Origin: Deltaproteobacteria bacterium | GTDB lineage: Bacteria; Desulfobacterota_D; UBA1144; Nemesobacterales; CSP1-2 | Reading direction: 5' to 3' | Length of the DNA stretch: 64,000 nucleotides | NCBI GenBank assembly: GCA_052390235.1 | Contig: JBQTHB010000005.1 | Location: 320,001-384,000 of the forward strand | Shown: one piece after another, positions 61,409 through 64,000 of the stretch | Layout: every line of letters starts with the position of its first letter | How positions within the stretch are numbered: position 1 is the stretch's first letter | Notes under the pieces: model-generated | Told to the model about the DNA's origin: nothing | The model's database searches: none | The model's input: the letters and a program-made list of their open reading frames with translations, nothing else | Program-made: the position numbers and the translations under genes

Positions 61409-62578
61409 TTATTTACCCCTGCCCGCCGCCTCGACCACCTTCGCCGCCGCCTCTCTCATATCCCCTCCCGTCGTAATATCCAGCCCGGAGTCGGACAGCA
61501 TCTTCCGACCAAGCTCCACGTTTGTGCCTTCGAGCCTCACGACCAGTGGCACGGTGATTCCCACATCTTTGGCGGCGGTGATGATTCCCGTGGCGATGGT
61601 GTCGCACTTCATGATACCGCCGAAGATGTTGACAAATATGGCTTTAACATTTGAGTCGCTGAGTATCATTTTGAAGGCTTGCGTAACCTGCTCCGCGCTC
61701 GCGCCTCCCCCTACGTCGAGGAAGTTTGCAGGCTCGCCCCCGTGATATTTGATGATGTCCATTGTTGACATGGCAAGCCCCGCCCCGTTAACGAGGCATC
61801 CGATGTTGCCGCCCAGCTTAACAAAGCTCAGATTCCACTTCTTCGCCTCAAGCTCAGTTGGGTCTTCTTCGTTCGGGTCTAGGAGCTTTTCGATTTCTGG
61901 ATGGCGGTAAAGGGCGTTGTCGTCGAAATTGAGCTTTGCGTCCAGCGCGAGAACCTCTCCCCCTTTGGTGAGAACGAGGGGGTTGATTTCTATAAGCGAG
62001 CAGTCGTTCTCTACAAACGCCCTGTAGAGCGCGAGTACGAACGTTACGGCTTTGTTCATCGCCTTGCCCTCAAGCCCCAGGAACATGGCGATTCTCCTGG
62101 CTTGAAACGGAATAATTCCGACGGCGAAATCTACGTATTCTTTGAGAATCTTCTCAGGGTGGGATTTGGCTATCTCTTCAATTTCCACCCCTCCCTCGCG
62201 GCTCGCCATGACGACGACTCTTTCGCTCGCCCGGTCAAGCACCATGCCGAGGTAAAATTCTCTATCAATTGCCGATGCTTCTTCTATCAGCACCTTGCCT
62301 ACAATTTTTCCCTCGCTGCCCGTCTGATGGGTTATAAGGCGCATCCCCAATATCTCGGAGGCGAGCTGTCTCACCTCTGCCGGAGCGCTTCCTATCTTTA
62401 CCCCTCCGCCCTTGCCCCTGCCTCCTGCATGAATCTGAGCCTTTACGACTAATTTCGCCGAGTTCAGATCCTTGGCAATTAGCTCTGCGTCTTCGGGGTT
62501 AAACACCACCTTTCCGCTGGGGACTTTTACCCCGTATTTTGCGAGGAGTTCTTTTGCCTGATATTCGTGAATGTTCAT
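61409..62578 (-). CDS. sucC: Succinyl-CoA ligase beta subunit
   Basis: [46 protein letters not shown]. Confidence 0.97.
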   Translation of the reverse strand: MNIHEYQAKELLAKYGVKVPSGKVVFNPEDAELIAKDLNSAKLVVKAQIHAGGRGKGGGVKIGSAPAEVRQLASEILGMRLITHQTGSEGKIVGKVLIEEASAIDREFYLGMVLDRASERVVVMASREGGVEIEEIAKSHPEKILKEYVDFAVGIIPFQARRIAMFLGLEGKAMNKAVTFVLALYRAFVENDCSLIEINPLVLTKGGEVLALDAKLNFDDNALYRHPEIEKLLDPNEEDPTELEAKKWNLSFVKLGGNIGCLVNGAGLAMSTMDIIKYHGGEPANFLDVGGGASAEQVTQAFKMILSDSNVKAIFVNIFGGIMKCDTIATGIITAAKDVGITVPLVVRLEGTNVELGRKMLSDSGLDITTGGDMREAAAKVVEAAGRGK

Positions 62579-62648
62579 TTTTGCCCGCCTCCTGGGATTT
62601 AGACCGCCGTTTGAGCGCGGCTCTGCTTCATCCGAGATAGATTATTTA

Positions 62649-63410
62649 CTATTTTCCGCCCGTAATTTTCCTCAGCGCCCACGCTATGGGGTCGAAGTAC
62701 CTGTCTGCTACCCTCTCTTTCAGGGGGATGATGGCGTTATCCGTGATGTGTATATCCTCCGGGCAGACCTCGGTGCAGCATTTTGTGATGTTGCAAAAGC
62801 CCACGCCCGCCTCTTTTCTGAGGAACTCGGTGCGGTCGAGGGTGTCTTTGGGGTGCATTTCGAGCTCCGCGATTTTAATCATCATTCTGGGCCCAAAGAA
62901 CCCGTCTTTGCGGTTGTGGTCTCTGAGTATATGGCAAACGTTCTGGCACATAAAACACTCGATACACTTTCTGAATTCCTGCCCGCGGTCAATGTCCTCT
63001 TGCTGCATTGTCCAGTCGGTGTCTTTTGCCGGGGTGAAGGGGGGGATTTTCTTTCTCACAGCGTAGTTCCAAGAGACGTCCGTAACCAGGTCTTTTATCA
63101 CCGGGAACGCCTTTAGCGGATAGACCGTTATAGGCTCTCCGGCGGGGAGGTTGTCAATTCGGGTTTTGCACATGAGCTTTGGCTTGCCGTTTATCTCCGC
63201 GCTACAGGAGCCGCACTTTGCCGCTTTGCAGTTCCAGCGGACGGCTAAGTCTCCGTCGAAGTGGGCTTGGATGTAGTGAATGGCATCGAGAACCACCATG
63301 CCCTCTGTTACCGGCACGCGGAATTCCTTTTCCCGCCCTCCGTCCTTTGTCCCGCGATAGACCCTTAGGACGGCCCTTTCCATCTCTCTGGTATCGGCGC
63401 TGCTGCTCAT
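62649..63410 (-). CDS. sdhB: Succinate dehydrogenase / fumarate reductase iron-sulfur subunit
   Basis: WNCKAAKCGSC, CIECFMCQNVC, CNITKCCTEVCP. Confidence 0.93.
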   Translation of the reverse strand: MSSSADTREMERAVLRVYRGTKDGGREKEFRVPVTEGMVVLDAIHYIQAHFDGDLAVRWNCKAAKCGSCSAEINGKPKLMCKTRIDNLPAGEPITVYPLKAFPVIKDLVTDVSWNYAVRKKIPPFTPAKDTDWTMQQEDIDRGQEFRKCIECFMCQNVCHILRDHNRKDGFFGPRMMIKIAELEMHPKDTLDRTEFLRKEAGVGFCNITKCCTEVCPEDIHITDNAIIPLKERVADRYFDPIAWALRKITGGK

Positions 63411-63412
63411 GC

Positions 63413-64000
63413 TTATTTGCCCTCCGCAAACAGTTGTTTAAGGTTGCTCGGCATCTCAAGAATCGGTTTAGTCGTGATTTTCATCTCGTCGCCGTCCTTC
63501 CAGATAACGTTATTCACCTTGCCCCACACTGGGTCGGCGTCGGGGAAATCCACCCTGCTGTGAGCGCCCCTGCTCTCTTTTCTCGCGAGGGCGCATTTTG
63601 CCATGGCTTCGGACACTATAAAGAGGGATTTCAAATCTGCGCACAGATGCCAGCCCGGATTATACATACGCGAGCCTTCGATGGTGAGGTGATTGAGATG
63701 TTCTTTGAGTTTTTCAAGCTCGACAAGCCCCTTGGCAAGCCCGTCTTCGACTCTAAATACGCCGAAGTAATCCTGCATATTGTCCTGAAGGTTCTGATGA
63801 ACCGTGTATGGATTTACGCCTCTTTCATTCTCAAATGGCTGGAGAACCTCTCGCATGGATTTGTCCACGTCTTCGTCGTTGATTTGAAGGTTGTTGTCGC
63901 CGAGTTCCTTGGCATATTCAGCCGCCCCGAGTCCCGCGCGCCGCCCGAACACGAGGAGGTCTGAAAGGGAATTTCCGCCTAGGCGGTTTGCTCCGTGCAT
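63413..64000 (-). CDS. sdhA: Succinate dehydrogenase / fumarate reductase flavoprotein, C-terminal part (truncated by window edge)
   Basis: HGANRLGGNSL, RKESRGAH. Confidence 0.93.
   Translation of the reverse strand: MHGANRLGGNSLSDLLVFGRRAGLGAAEYAKELGDNNLQINDEDVDKSMREVLQPFENERGVNPYTVHQNLQDNMQDYFGVFRVEDGLAKGLVELEKLKEHLNHLTIEGSRMYNPGWHLCADLKSLFIVSEAMAKCALARKESRGAHSRVDFPDADPVWGKVNNVIWKDGDEMKITTKPILEMPSNLKQLFAEGK

Noticed and set aside
1..64000. Numerous 60-280 aa ORFs overlapping real genes (e.g. 7219-8055, 14086-14688, 52452-53180, 63179-63964)
   Set aside because: Antisense or off-frame shadows of well-supported CDSs in GC-rich DNA; no motifs or RBS

Overview
Gene-dense, mostly housekeeping segment of a bacterial chromosome with moderately high GC. 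The gene set and style suggest a deltaproteobacteria-like lineage, possibly Candidatus Dadabacteria (inference only). No CRISPR array, prophage, integrase or transposase is visible. Core genes include def (partial), ctpA, nagZ, leuS, family-4 UDG, tRNA-Arg(CCG), proA, a sigma70-family factor, recN, typA, rraA, etfBA, murI, tadA, rpmH-rnpA-yidD-yidC-jag, pncB, npdG, hemA-hemC, acs, uppS-dxr-rseP, murQ-anmK and sdhA(partial)-sdhB-sucC. The most notable items are: (1) one 1412-aa protein fusing malate synthase to a mycobacterial ICL2-type isocitrate lyase with its C-terminal GNAT-like domain, i.e. the whole glyoxylate shunt in one chain; (2) a patatin gene bracketed by near-identical 155-bp inverted repeats that begin at the stop codons of the convergent recN and typA genes, plus a dispersed GTCATT/AATGAC REP-like family; (3) a candidate ~115-nt rod-shaped ncRNA with its own promoter facing tRNA-Arg; (4) a DEDDh exonuclease-WYL fusion; (5) a catalytically degenerate MBL/beta-CASP protein; (6) an RseP with an extra PDZ-like insert; and (7) several small unannotated ORFs with good RBSs.
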